Both the position numbers and the translations under genes were made by a program. The notes beneath the pieces are model-generated. The model was given only the letters and a program-made list of their open reading frames with translations, did no database searches and had not been told where the DNA came from. A stretch of DNA of 64,000 bases from contig JBLDXI010000042.1 in NCBI GenBank assembly GCA_047495785.1, positions 2,728,001 through 2,792,000 on the forward strand, written 5' to 3'. This document shows positions 10,726 through 21,848 of this stretch, piece after piece; the first letter of the stretch is position 1; each line of letters starts with the position of its first letter. The DNA comes from Lepidodermella squamata (Eukaryota; Animalia; Gastrotricha).

Positions 10726-13700
10726 AGTATACTTTGGCAGAAAACTTTGGCTGTAATGCGGGCTGAAACCTATAAGCAAACACTAACTGTGATGAGTTCT
10801 TCCTCCATAATATACATAATATATGCAATTAATTTGCAAGTGAATCTATTCAAATAGAGATGTTCAACCAAAATTACATTTATTCGCACAGGAATGTCCA
10901 AGATCGCAATTCTTTCTTCTATAATGAATTTCAAAAGGCGCAATGAGAGCCTTTGGTTTTGTTTCCTTTGCGTCTGCCGCGAAGACTTAACACCGCCGTC
11001 TTAACGTGCCCCAGAATAACTGTTTGCCTGTCCATTCTGCATGTCCCTCTCGATGATCGTGTTCGTGATAGTGCGCTGGAGCAGCGTTGCCGCCAGACCA
11101 TTCTGTCCTCGCATTTGCAAGCCGTCCAGTGCCGGTATGCAGACAATGTCGTCCGCTTTCTACTGCCGCTGCGCGAGGACATCGAAAGTGTTCGGCCTAC
11201 CGTATCGTCGCACGTTAAGTCACCGGTCTTCCTGCTCAACGGTCGGTTGCCTCCACCCCGACCCGCTTCCTGTCCCACGATATGAATCCCTCTCCTCTTT
11301 TCAAGCGCACACAGTTATTATTAGTAGGCTTATAGCCGACGCCCTAGGATGTTCACATTTTCTCTAAAAATCGTGATGTTGACGGTGTCAGGGAAGGTAT
11401 CATGTAGGTCGACCCATTGATTGACGATCTCATGCATCCTTCGAAAGGGTGCCGCGTCAACCCTGTTCTTCGACGAGTTGTTTTGCGAGCTGTAGCTAAT
11501 GGTGATAGTTCTCGCTCGCTTGTATTCGGCTTCGGGATTTTTTGAAATTCCGAGCGGACTTGGTTCTTCCCCCGACCATTGTTTTGTAAAGATACGTCAT
11601 AACTTCAATTTTGTGGAGTGAAATTGTGGTACAGGCGTCGAGACAGCTGGTATGAAATAGGCGGACGGGCTGGTCTGAGCATTGGATGGCGGACATGCCG
11701 ATGTAGACAGATCGCGGTGCAGTTAGACAGCGGCGGTTTCCAAGCAAGCTGATGGGGGACAACGCGATGATGTTGCAGACCGAGTTTCTTATTACCGGAA
11801 GTTTCGCTCGAATTGTAACGTCGATGACATCGGGTTGATCGGCGCCGGTGATAGACATCCAGGCCGAGACAAACAATGAGACACCCTGGGTTAGTAATTT
11901 GACCGTCTCGTTGTGCCTGGGTGAGATTTGTAACTGGCGAATGATAAATAAATGGTTGATTAAATTTTCGCTCAAGTAAAATCTATACAGTAGGAAAAGA
12001 ATCTGTATTGTTTGATGATTGTTTCTTTCTTGACGTTTTGGTGATTTGTGTTCTTCGTGTGGGTATTGTGTGTGGCTTGCCGGATTTCGGCGATGTTTGA
12101 ACGACGGGGTTGGCGAAAGTTACTCGCGTGCGAAGGTTACACGGCTGATGCACGACCGCAGCGTCAAGATCTGACTTATTTAGCGTGTAGTTTCTGTCGG
12201 CTATTTGAGGACTTTTCAGGCGTCGTCACGCTTGATTGATTTTTCTCGGGTGACGCGGCTGGACGGTGTTGCGGGGACACCGATTGTGGTTGGTCAGGCG
12301 GTACAAGGCTGACCAAGTCCATGCCGAACTGGAATGGTGTTGGTCGCCGGTGGAATCCTGGCGATACTGTCAAATGGCCGGTGTTTTGCATTCGAAATTA
12401 GTGAGCTGGTGTTGACGTTATTATTGGACTGAAATGGTCGATGTTTGACGGTGCTGACATGGAGGAGTGGCGATTATCTTCGTCTGAGGTAGACGGTACT
12501 GGCCCAGTTATTATTGGCGGTGAAGGGATTCTGCAGGGATTCTGCCTGGGCGGTGTTTCAGGCAATTCTGACGCGCTTGGGGTACGTCGTCGCGGTACCG
12601 GTGGCGTTGTTGGCGTTGTAGTCGCCGGCGTCGCGGTTGACGGCGTTGTACTTGCGGTCGTTGTAGTCGGCGTTGTACTCGTAGAAGTTGCCGTTGTAGT
12701 ACATACCCGAACTGGCCGAGGTCGGCCTTTTCGAACTACGGAGTATGTACCCACCCGTCGAGAAATTGTTGTCACGGGTTGGCTCATGAACAATCTGGCG
12801 GCTAAGTGTCTGGCGAAGATCAGGCAGCGGCGGGCGGTCGTGGCGCAGTAGACTTGGCAGCGCTTTTAGCCGACGAACGGGCCGACTGTTGCGCTTGTGA
12901 ATAGCGATCAGCCGTGGGGAAATCGCGCAACCAGGTCAACTTGATCTCACTTGATATCACGGCCGGACAGATCAAAGAAAATGGCGTAAGTAACAGGCGA
13001 AACTCGAGCCACGACGGAATACGGGCCCTTGTAGCGAGAGGCGAATTTCGGTATCACATCGGGCCGGTTACTTGGCACGTGGAGGTAGACAAGATCGCCG
13101 ATATCGAACGGCTCGCAATTGCCTGAACTGCGATCATAGCGCTCTTTCTCACGAGCACGCGCGAGTTGGAAACGAGTTCGAACGTCGTCGAAAGCGCGAC
13201 GGAGTTTGACATACAAGCCGTAGGCATGATTTTCACGCAACTCGTTCTGAGTCTTGGGGTGGGACGCAGGCTTCTCGGCGGAGCGCTGCCAGTCCATAGC
13301 CAACTTGGGCATATGACCCAGCATAAGATACGCTGGTGGGTGGCGATGAGTCGAATGGTGAGACGAATTGTAGCCAGAGCAGCAGGCCTTGACGAAGCGA
13401 CACCAGTCGAGGCGCTGGCCGGGCACGACGATGCAGTTATTCATGACCAAATTCAAGTTTTCGCAATGGCCGTTAGTCTGCTGGTGATAAGCGGAGCTTT
13501 TAATACGACGAATCGCAAACGTATCAGTCACGTCCTCGATGAGCTTGGAGATGAAGTAGCGGGCGTTGTCATTGAGCAAAGCACGCGGGCTACCGAAAAT
13601 AAAGATCCAGTCGAGCATTTTCTCATTCACGGTTTCGGACTTAATATCCGGAATGGGCTCCTCAGCGTGAAGCCACTGAAATGATCGGAAATTATGAGAA

Positions 13701-14371
13701 TATAGCGCATTCCACGACGAGACGTATGGACCGGCTACGTCCCAGGTGAGAAGCTCATTCACGTCATGCGAAAAGATGGGCTCCATCGGAGCACGCGGAT
13801 GTTTCACAGGGTGATCAGGAATTTGACACACCGCGCATGATTTGACGTATTCGGCAGTAATTTCCTCGTAATTGCGGAAATAGAATCGATCTTTTAAGGT
13901 GGATAGGGTGCGTTCAACGCCGAAATGACATTTCTCGTCATGCATAGCGTGAAGCACGGTGACGATGAGATTTTTAGGTACGACGATCTGGTAACCCGAT
14001 TCAGAGGCAGGTGGCGACACAACCAGCCATCAGGCGCTATGAAATATTTGCTACGCTGCTTTAGATTGTGACGAAGGCGGCGTTTCTTGGAGCGACAACA
14101 ACGTCGTCATCGAAAGTAAGATCGGATGTCATAGCGTTGATGGAAGCCGGGAGTGGCGTAGCTCGATCAGGCATACGCGACATCGCATCGGCATTCGCAT
14201 GAGTCGAACCTCGGCGCGTTATTATATTCAGCGGATATTGTTGTAGGATCATTAGGTAGTTGGATAACCGATCTCCGGTGTCCTTCCAGGTATTCAAAGT
14301 ACGAAGAGCAGCGGCGTCAGTAATGACGTCGGTGGTAATCGAATTCGAACCCGGCGAGATGTAAGGCTTAA

Positions 14372-14879
14372 CACTCTATCGGCCGAAGGTTTTCGCGTGT
14401 ACCTTTCCTGTAGCGCCGGGGTTTTTTCGATGTACCTACCAAAAAAGTCGACCCCCAGATTATTATATTTTCTTGAAGGTCACGGAAATCTAAGATCATT
14501 GGTCGATATCCCGGATTTTTCCGGCTCATCCTTATTACGTAATAACAAAAAAACACTTACTCATATTTGAGTATACGGCGCCATCGTGCAAACTGCTTAC
14601 TCACCTATGAGTATACGGCGTTTTCTAGCAAATCTCATTTACTCACCTATGAGTATACGGCATCAGGTCTTACCCAGGTTTACTCTCATATGAGTATACG
14701 GCCTTAAAGCTCAAAATTGCTATACTCACCTATGAGTATTTAGCGCTAGCTTGGAAACATTGCAAGACCAAATTATGCAGCAATCATGTGGTTTTAGGGT
14801 TTGGTTGTTGAAAAGACACTACCAGCGATTTTTTGGAATTTTTTTTCTTGGATAGCGTGCCTTCTAAAAATAAGCTGTT
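14372..14879. mobile_element. Nested non-coding insert in the Gypsy RNase H; probable truncated piggyBac-like DNA transposon end
   Basis: RNase H homology stops at ~14882 (GLGYV) and resumes at ~14368 (KPYI); both junctions are TTAA; left end begins TTAA-CACT. Confidence 0.55.
14557..14740. repeat. Array of five ~23-bp palindromic repeats (consensus TTACTCACCTATGAGTATACGGC) with distinct 17-19 bp spacers
   Basis: Copies start at 14557, 14597, 14639, 14680, 14722; period 40-42 bp; core TACTCA-N4-TGAGTA. Confidence 0.9.
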
Positions 14880-15589
14880 TTAACGTAGCCGAGACCGGAC
14901 CCCGACGCATCAGTCGATAAAATAAATTTATTGTCAAACTGAGGAAAGGCCAAACAAGGTGGCGAGATCCAACGCCTTTTTGAGCTCATTAAAAGCGTTC
15001 TCGGCAGCCTTATTCCAGTGAAAGTTGTTCTTACGTTGTATTAGCTCGTATAACGGAGCTGCGATCATCGCAAAATTCTTGATAAAACGCCGATAATATC
15101 CGGCTAACGAGGTAAAAGCTCGAAGTTCGCTAACCGTCATAGGGACGGGAAAATTCTGGACTTTCGAAACGCGGTCCCGAAAAATAGATAACCCATCCTG
15201 GCTAATAGTGTGGCCAAGATAGGTGATGGAGCGACGAAAAAGTTGACATTTTGAACACTTAATTTTCAAGTTCATTTTACGCATGCGCTCAAGCACGGTG
15301 CGAAGATCATGAAAATGTTGTTCTTTATTCGGGCTAAAAACCAGAATAAGCGGCGACGATGCGGCCCAGTAAACCAGTCATGCAGAACGTGAGCAGACGG
15401 TTCCAATAGGCCGGGGCGGTTTGAGCACCGAAAGGCATTCTATTCATGGTCCAGGACCTTTGGGATGATCTGAACCCTAAATATTGCTTTGAATCTTCGG
15501 AAACTTTCATGTGAAAATAAGCCTGAGAAAATGCGTGCTTTCGACAATAAATCAAACTGCCCCTATCACCTATCACCTATCAAATACAA

Positions 15590-15756
15590 ATCTTCTCGGG
15601 CTACCTAATGATTCCAAGGTATCGGAAAAGCCGCATAGCGAATAGAATGACGAGAGGAATCTGGCAGCTACACGTTTTCGTCTTCTTATGGATTCATCAC
15701 ATTAGCAGCTTTGGTTATATTAGCGGGGTGCTGTTCGCCTTTCTTTCAATTCAGTG
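15590..15756 (+). pseudogene. Relic of the 3' end (M4) of an LGIC-3-like gene
   Basis: 15688-15786 aligns with 8997-9087 (TATGG..ATCACA.TAGCAGCTTTGGTTAT..GGGGTGCTGTTCGC..ATTCAG-stop..ATCGATTGAGCA) with indels. Confidence 0.8.
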
Positions 15757-16246
15757 ACTCGACTTTCTTGTACTGATCGATTGAGCACACCCGTAGCAAC
15801 ATATTGCGCTTGTATCATTAATTATGCCATTAATTATTTGGCTTAATAAACAAGAAACGAGATTTTTCATCGAAAATATTGCAGGGAACAGTTTTTTGTT
15901 CCTTGCTCCTTGTTCCTAGCGAAAAATGTGCATAATTAATAACACAAGATCAAAAAATTTTGCTACGGGCAGCCATTGGCTTGTTCTTTTTTGTATACTT
16001 ACCTGTGTATGAAATAAATGTGGTTTAATTAGCCTTGCATTAACTGAGTTGTCCATTATCATCCAATAAGTTTAGTAGTTAGCAGTTGGCAGCTTCCATA
16101 GCTGTTCTTTACAGACTTCGTTCCGAGCAAACGCTCAAACATCCGCTATTCTTCGAACTTCGCATGCGTATGTACCGCTTTTACTCACCGTATTTAATAT
16201 AGTGAAGGTGCCACACTTTCTTGACTCTGCTATAATGGGTGCAAAA

Positions 16247-17493
16247 ATGCGGGGCGAATCGAGAAAATTGCTTCCTCTGCTTCCAATTTTCTTAATGATT
16301 CGATCAAGTAGCCAATGGACCGTCGAAGAAGCTGATCTGCAGCAATGGCTGGAGAACAAATGCTCCAAGTTCATGAATGTTCGCCCGGTGGAACAATTCA
16401 ACCAAACTCTGCCAGTTGCCGTCAGAATGCTGGCTTACAGTTTTCGAGGAATTGAAGACCGAGATCAAGAGTGAGTTATGGCGACTTTGACTTGCAGCCA
16501 ATAATAACTCCGAATGTAGATTTTCAGTTTTAGGGGAGTGGAATATCGAGTGGAAGCATCCTTGTCTGACATGGGGTGACACGGAGGACACGGAACAGTG
16601 GAGCCACATTGACCGCATTCTGAAACCAGCGAATGATATTTGGGTGCCAAGTACTTTGCTGATGAATGCCGTAGATGATGTGATGATATTTCAAAGGTTT
16701 TTCTTAAATCAGGTAGACTGATAGTATTCTGAATTTTCGCAGCTTGCGGCAAAGTACGCAAGTTTACATTAGGAATGACGGTACTGTACGCTGGATGGTG
16801 ATTTCGAAACTCACAGCGTTCTGTTCGTTAAAGCTGAAGAAATTCCCATTCGACGTGCAAATGTGTGGTTTTCATTTGGAATCAGTGGAAGATGTCGACC
16901 TCGTCAGATTCTACGCTCCAATACACTACGTTGATCTCGAAAAATCCTTCACAACACCTGCAGATGTGTGGGAGTTGACAGCTCGCAAAAAGCATCTGAA
17001 GGCTGAAGCTTTGAACCTAAGCTATTATGGCTATGATTCGCCTTTCACCCGCGTGCAGTTTACTATCGAAATGCGAAGGAAGCCCATTCTCTTCATCTTA
17101 ACGCGGACTATTCCTAGCATAGCGCTACTCATCATGATTCTATTCACGGTTTTCGTACCGCCTGAAATGCCCGACAGACCCGCGCTATGTCTGACAGCCA
17201 TGTTAGCCTTGACGATTTTGCAAGACTCCATAACTGGAGCTATTCCTCAGTCGTCTGATTTCGTTTACATGGTCGGGCAAATCATGGCAGAGTCTGGTGT
17301 TGGGATGGCAACAACAATTTACGCTCTAGTGGCTTGTGGCTTGGCTAATAAGGGTTCGCAGCCGCACATGTTTCATGTTCGCGGCATTGGCAAAATCAGA
17401 GGAATACGAATCCTCGACTTTATCGTGTACGGTTTTATCACTGCTATTGCTATCATTGTCAACGGTGTTTTCTTTGCATTTATTTTGAGTTGA
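16247..17493 (+). CDS. Atypical Cys-loop LGIC subunit LGIC-5 (clade B, recent duplicate of LGIC-4); exons 16247-16470, 16520-16696, 16743-17493
   Basis: Very similar to LGIC-4 in exons, introns and flanks; Cys-loop CSLKLKKFPFDVQMC; alternative ATG at 16235. Confidence 0.92.
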
Positions 17494-17681
17494 ATCATAC
17501 TTTGGAATTAAACTTTGGCTGTAATGCGAGCTGAAACCTAAACAAACACTAGCTGTGATGAGTTTTTCCTTATATACCTACAATTATTTTGCAAGTGAAT
17601 TTATTTATATAAAGCTGTTCAAATAAAATCCCGTGAGAGGAATGTCTAAGATCGCAATTCCTTCACATCGCGAATCGTCAA

Positions 17682-18912
17682 ATGAACTACTTTCCTATTT
17701 TCTTGAGCCTTCTGGCTATCTTTCTGCCAGATCAAGTTCATGGCATTGAAGAAGTCGAACTTCAACAATGCTTGCAAAGTAAATGCTTCAATAGCCTGAG
17801 CGTTAGGCCGGTCACGAACTTCAGTGATCCGCTCCAAGTTGGAGTAACTATGGTTGGCTACAGTTTCAGAGGAATAGAAGATAGAGAGCAAACGTGAGAA
17901 ATGTACGATTACGAAGTGCATTATTACCTTGCCTGCATTTCAGGTTTTCAATTTTCGGTGAATGGAATTTCGCTTGGACACATCCATGTCTGAAATGGGG
18001 TAGCGATAACGAAACAGCTAAATGGGCTCATATCACCATGATGGAAATGAAAGCCAGAGATGTCTGGGTGCCGCCGATAGTTCATCTCAACTCAATGGAC
18101 GACGTCAGCTTTTTCGAAAAGTAAGTTATCGAAATCGATTGAAAGTAGTAAGGAACCTTTTTTCCTTTTGCAGCCAGCGAGAGACAGCTCGGCTCTACTT
18201 CTATGCAACGGGTTCCATTCGATGGTAAGTCATAACAAAGCTGACCTCTTTTTGCGAGCTCCAACTGAAAAAATTTCCGTTCGACTCTCAGACGTGCTAC
18301 GTTACCCTCGAATCTGTCCAGCCTAATAACCTAGTATCATTAAACGCGACTTATGCTGATCTCGAGGATGATTTTAGCGGCGTGGCTGATATTTGGAAAG
18401 TAGTCGAGAATATCAACGCAACCCTGGTCCAGGTGAACTACCGCGGGTACTCCGTCCCCTACGATCGACTGGTTTTCACTGTCAAAATGAAGCGACAACC
18501 GCAGCGTTTTTTGATTACCATGACCTTACCCGGTTTTTTCCTGCTCAGCATGATGTTATGCTGCTTCTTCATGCCCGCTAAAATGCCAGATCGGCCAGCT
18601 GTCTCGTTAACTGTCATGTTAGCCCTAACTATCCTGCAAGACCAGGTTACCAGTTCAATCCCGCAGTCTTCGGAAATCATCTACATGGTAGTTCAGCAAG
18701 TTGCGCTGAACACCATAGGCGTCCTATGTACCAACTACGCAATCATAGCATGCGGCCTGGCTCGGACTTCCCGTTTTGCCCGTTCAGTTTCAACCAGGTG
18801 TTTCGGCAAGATTCAACTCATTAGAATTCTAGACATCTGCTGTTATGGCCTACTCACAGTCGCAGCTGTCGCAATCAACATAACGTGCTTCACGCTGATG
18901 CTTTACTCTTGA
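17682..18912 (+). pseudogene. LGIC-6 (clade B) with one in-frame TAA at 18226-18228; exons 17682-17893, 17944-18120, 18174-18912
   Basis: Reads GSIRW*VITKLTSFCELQLKKFPFDSQTC where LGIC-3 has GSVRFQVISKFISFC; otherwise full-length and open. Confidence 0.8.
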
Positions 18913-19523
18913 TTTATTTTTCCCATAAAAAAATATAACAAAAAAAACGAAAAATAAATTGAGCCGAAAAAAACACACAATGCGAAATCGCCTCAAACTG
19001 CCACAACTTAAACAAATTTTACAAATTAAACACACCTTCTACAACCAATTCGTTCGCGGCGAAAATCCTGATAACATTCGCAATAACAGCCGCGACAATG
19101 AAGACAATAGTCCTACATATGATGCTGCTAATGGTGGACGAGACGGGCCTAGATACGGACGAAAAGTAACTAGTCGCAAACATTTTCAAAAAGAACGGTT
19201 AAGAGCTTGGAAGAACGACACGAGTTTAGAGTTTTCAAGAAAACTGCTACCGGACAAATTTTGTAATGAAAAAATACACGGGAACAACAATATCTTTGTA
19301 ATAATAAATCATTTGCTCGGTGATTAACGACCAGCTAAACACCCCCATGATGTTCCGAGCAAATTTGACTCAGCTCTTCTCATAAATATATCTCACGGGA
19401 TGCACATTTATATTATATCATATAATATATTTTAATCATAACATAATTTTCAACATTCAAGTTTTCTTTGGTTTTATATTACGGCCAAGTTCGATTCAAT
19501 TATTATCGAATTTCAGAGTGGCT

Positions 19524-20889
19524 TTATTTCTTCTTGGGATCGGCCGGCTTAGCTGCAGCGGACGTCGGTTTTGTCGCCGGAGCAGCAGTAGTTGGTTTTG
19601 CGGCCGCTGGAGCAGCTGCCGCCGGCTTCGGCGCAGCAGAGGTCGGGCGCGAAGGGGCCGGGCCTGGTTTCGACATGACCGAGTCAATGTGAGCCTTGAT
19701 CTTCTCGAAGGCGTCGCGACCGCCGAAATCTACATCGCCGTATTCCCACGCGGCGCGGTGCAGACGATCCGCTTCCTCGGGCGATAGAGCGTGACCCTGA
19801 GCATCGGCGCTGAAAACCGATTCTTCCGTGCTGCTGCTGATTTGGACGCCCTGGAAATGAAACTGAGAATTAACAAAGGAATTATATCAAAACGGCAAAA
19901 GCAAGCAAAATTAGTCGGGATATTGTTGCTAAAATTAATTCAGGCTAATAAAAATGCCACCTTAAAATATGCAAATTTAATAGCCATGCAAGCAAAAAGC
20001 GTTAGCCCTCTTTACCTTCGTGGCTGGATTTGTCTAATCATGAATTCAAGTAATAAAACGTAAAATTTCTGAATAAAATGAACAATTTTTAGAGACAAAC
20101 CTCGGCTAGGCGGTGCTTGACGTCACCGTTGTAGACATCCCACCATGAATTGACGAGTTTCTTCGAGTACTCGTGCATGTCAAGATTGGGCGGAATGAGC
20201 GGGTTGCCACTCGCATCCGTCGGCAACAACCAAGGCTTGAGCGCGCCCAAGAAGTGAATCACCTTCAAATTCGCGAAGAAGCGCTTCAGAGCCGGCAAGT
20301 AGCTGTACGCTGCGGCCATGAACGCCGTGTTGTAGACGTAAGGCAGGTGGCGGCTAATGTCCTTGTGGGCCCAGTCGCCGAAAAACGAGTTCAGCAGACC
20401 CTGGTCACCACCGTCGAAGCTACCGTGGCTTGCAGCGAAATCGATCAACTTTTGGTAAGTCGTTTCACTGGGCTTGAAGACAAACACACCCGAGTTGAAG
20501 CAGTCGGGCCAACCGAGGTCAGGAGCGGCCGATAATTCCTCGCGCTGGAAGAGGTCGTCAATGTTTGTTAGCACCAGGGTGTCGGCATCGAGGAAGACAG
20601 CTTTCTGATAGTCAGTCAAGCGCCAGCACGACAATTTCGTGAACGAGCATCCGAGCTCGGGGCGGCCGAGCAGAGCTAGATTGGCCGCGTCTTTCGAGTC
20701 GAAAACATCGACGTAGACCAGTCGGTCGAAAAATCGCTCGAGGCAAACGCGCATCACCGGCGAAACGCCCGTCGTTACCAGGCAGACAATGGCGCGGGTC
20801 GTTCCAGTTCGGCGCAATGAAGCAGCCATAGTAGCAGCTCCGAATGCGTACGAATCATTCGTTGCCAGAGTAACGTAAGCCTCAGCCAT
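19524..20889 (-). CDS. GYG: Glycogenin (GT8); exons 20889-20101, optional 20033-20016, 19850-19524
   Basis: MAEAYVTLATNDSY, FTKL, FLDADTLV, PDCFNSGVFV, SFDGGDQGLLN, HFLG..KPW; C-terminal glycogen-synthase-binding motif AWEYGDVDFGGRDAFEKIKAHID. Confidence 0.96.
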
Positions 20890-21422
20890 TTTTAACCCGC
20901 ACTACAAAATTGCGTACAAATCCTCCTTAAAAAATTCCACAACTCAAATTTTTCGTTACATTGTTGTCACAGCAGTTTAGTTTGTTTCACAAACAAAAAT
21001 ATTTGGCAATGGACAAGATAAAGCATGCGTTAGAGCACAACCCGGAACATAATAATGATAATAACACATTCAGACACCAACCGAATATACGCCATACGCT
21101 TAACTATAGTGCAAACACTGGACTTGGCCTGATAAGAATAGAGTATTTATTCTAGAAAGCCACAGCACTTTTTTCACCTCACTGGTTTGCTTCATAGAGA
21201 ACTGTTTTTTCGAGAATTTTTAAGGCAGAGACCGTGGGGACTATGGCGATGAAACTTAGCAAAATGTTAGATCTCAACGATATCTATATTCAGTAAAATT
21301 CCCAAGTGGTAGATCCCCTTGGTTTCAGAGAAAAGCTGATTTGCGTGAAATGTTCAAAGTTGTACCTGTTCAAAGTTGTACGAGATTACGGTACAGCACG
21401 TGGCGTTTTTCATGCAACTAAC

Positions 21423-21629
21423 CTGAGTAACTGAGTTGAGGAACGTGTAGCCGACGCGGTTGTATTCGACTGAGAATTTGAACACGCCATAAACTTCAGG
21501 CAACTTAAAACGAGCCGAGAAAGCCTTGCCGTTGCGCTTCAGAGCGGTGCGGACAAACGGGTCGATGCGGATGAACTCGAGCTGGACGTCGGTGGCTTCG
21601 AGGGGAGACCATTTTCCGTCAACCAGGCG
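21423..21629 (-). pseudogene. DDOST: Isolated exon-sized fragment of oligosaccharyltransferase 48 kDa subunit (OST48/WBP1)
   Basis: Translates to [69 protein letters not shown], matching the OST48 C-terminal lumenal region; not in the ORF track; no other OST48 exons seen. Confidence 0.85.
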
Positions 21630-21848
21630 TCGGTGCTTTCTCAGCTTTATACGACCATGATAAAAAAAAACAGACGATAACGCGGCCTTTGTCTATTGTT
21701 TTATCAATTTATTATTATTATTATTATTATTGTGAACGTTATTGTATGCGAAATTAGGTCAAACTTTTGATTTTTTGCGGAATAATTTGTTTTGTCGAAA
21801 TATGCATGAGAAATAAAGGTGAAGTTTGAATTACTATTGAGTATTTTA

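Larger units (their letters stand above)
10931..15580 (-). mobile_element. Decayed, 5'-truncated Ty3/Gypsy LTR retrotransposon (RT, RNase H, integrase; putative PPT 11288-11301 and 3' LTR ~10931-11285)
   Basis: RT motifs (QAYFH, MPFG, YLGH, AGYYRRFI), RNase H TDAS (~14900), integrase H2C2 + DDE (WDVAGP, NDNARYF, NGHCE) + GPY motif at 12947-14020; RT-RH-INT order; frameshifts and lost YxDD. Confidence 0.9.

Noticed and set aside
11496-11975. Envelope gene
   Set aside because: No signal peptide, furin site or TM anchor visible
12441-13684. Plus-strand ORFs 12441-12851 and 13166-13684
   Set aside because: Antisense shadows of retrotransposon coding sequence
14557-14740. True CRISPR array
   Set aside because: Spacers are only 17-19 bp, there are no cas genes, the context is eukaryotic and the array lies within a nested insert
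18226-18228. TAA reassigned as a sense codon
   Set aside because: TAA terminates many intact genes here (LGIC-1, LGIC-3, glycogenin, wrbA 1/2/3/5/8)
16-18912. Naming the channels nAChR alpha subunits
   Set aside because: No vicinal cysteines and no aromatic-box Trp
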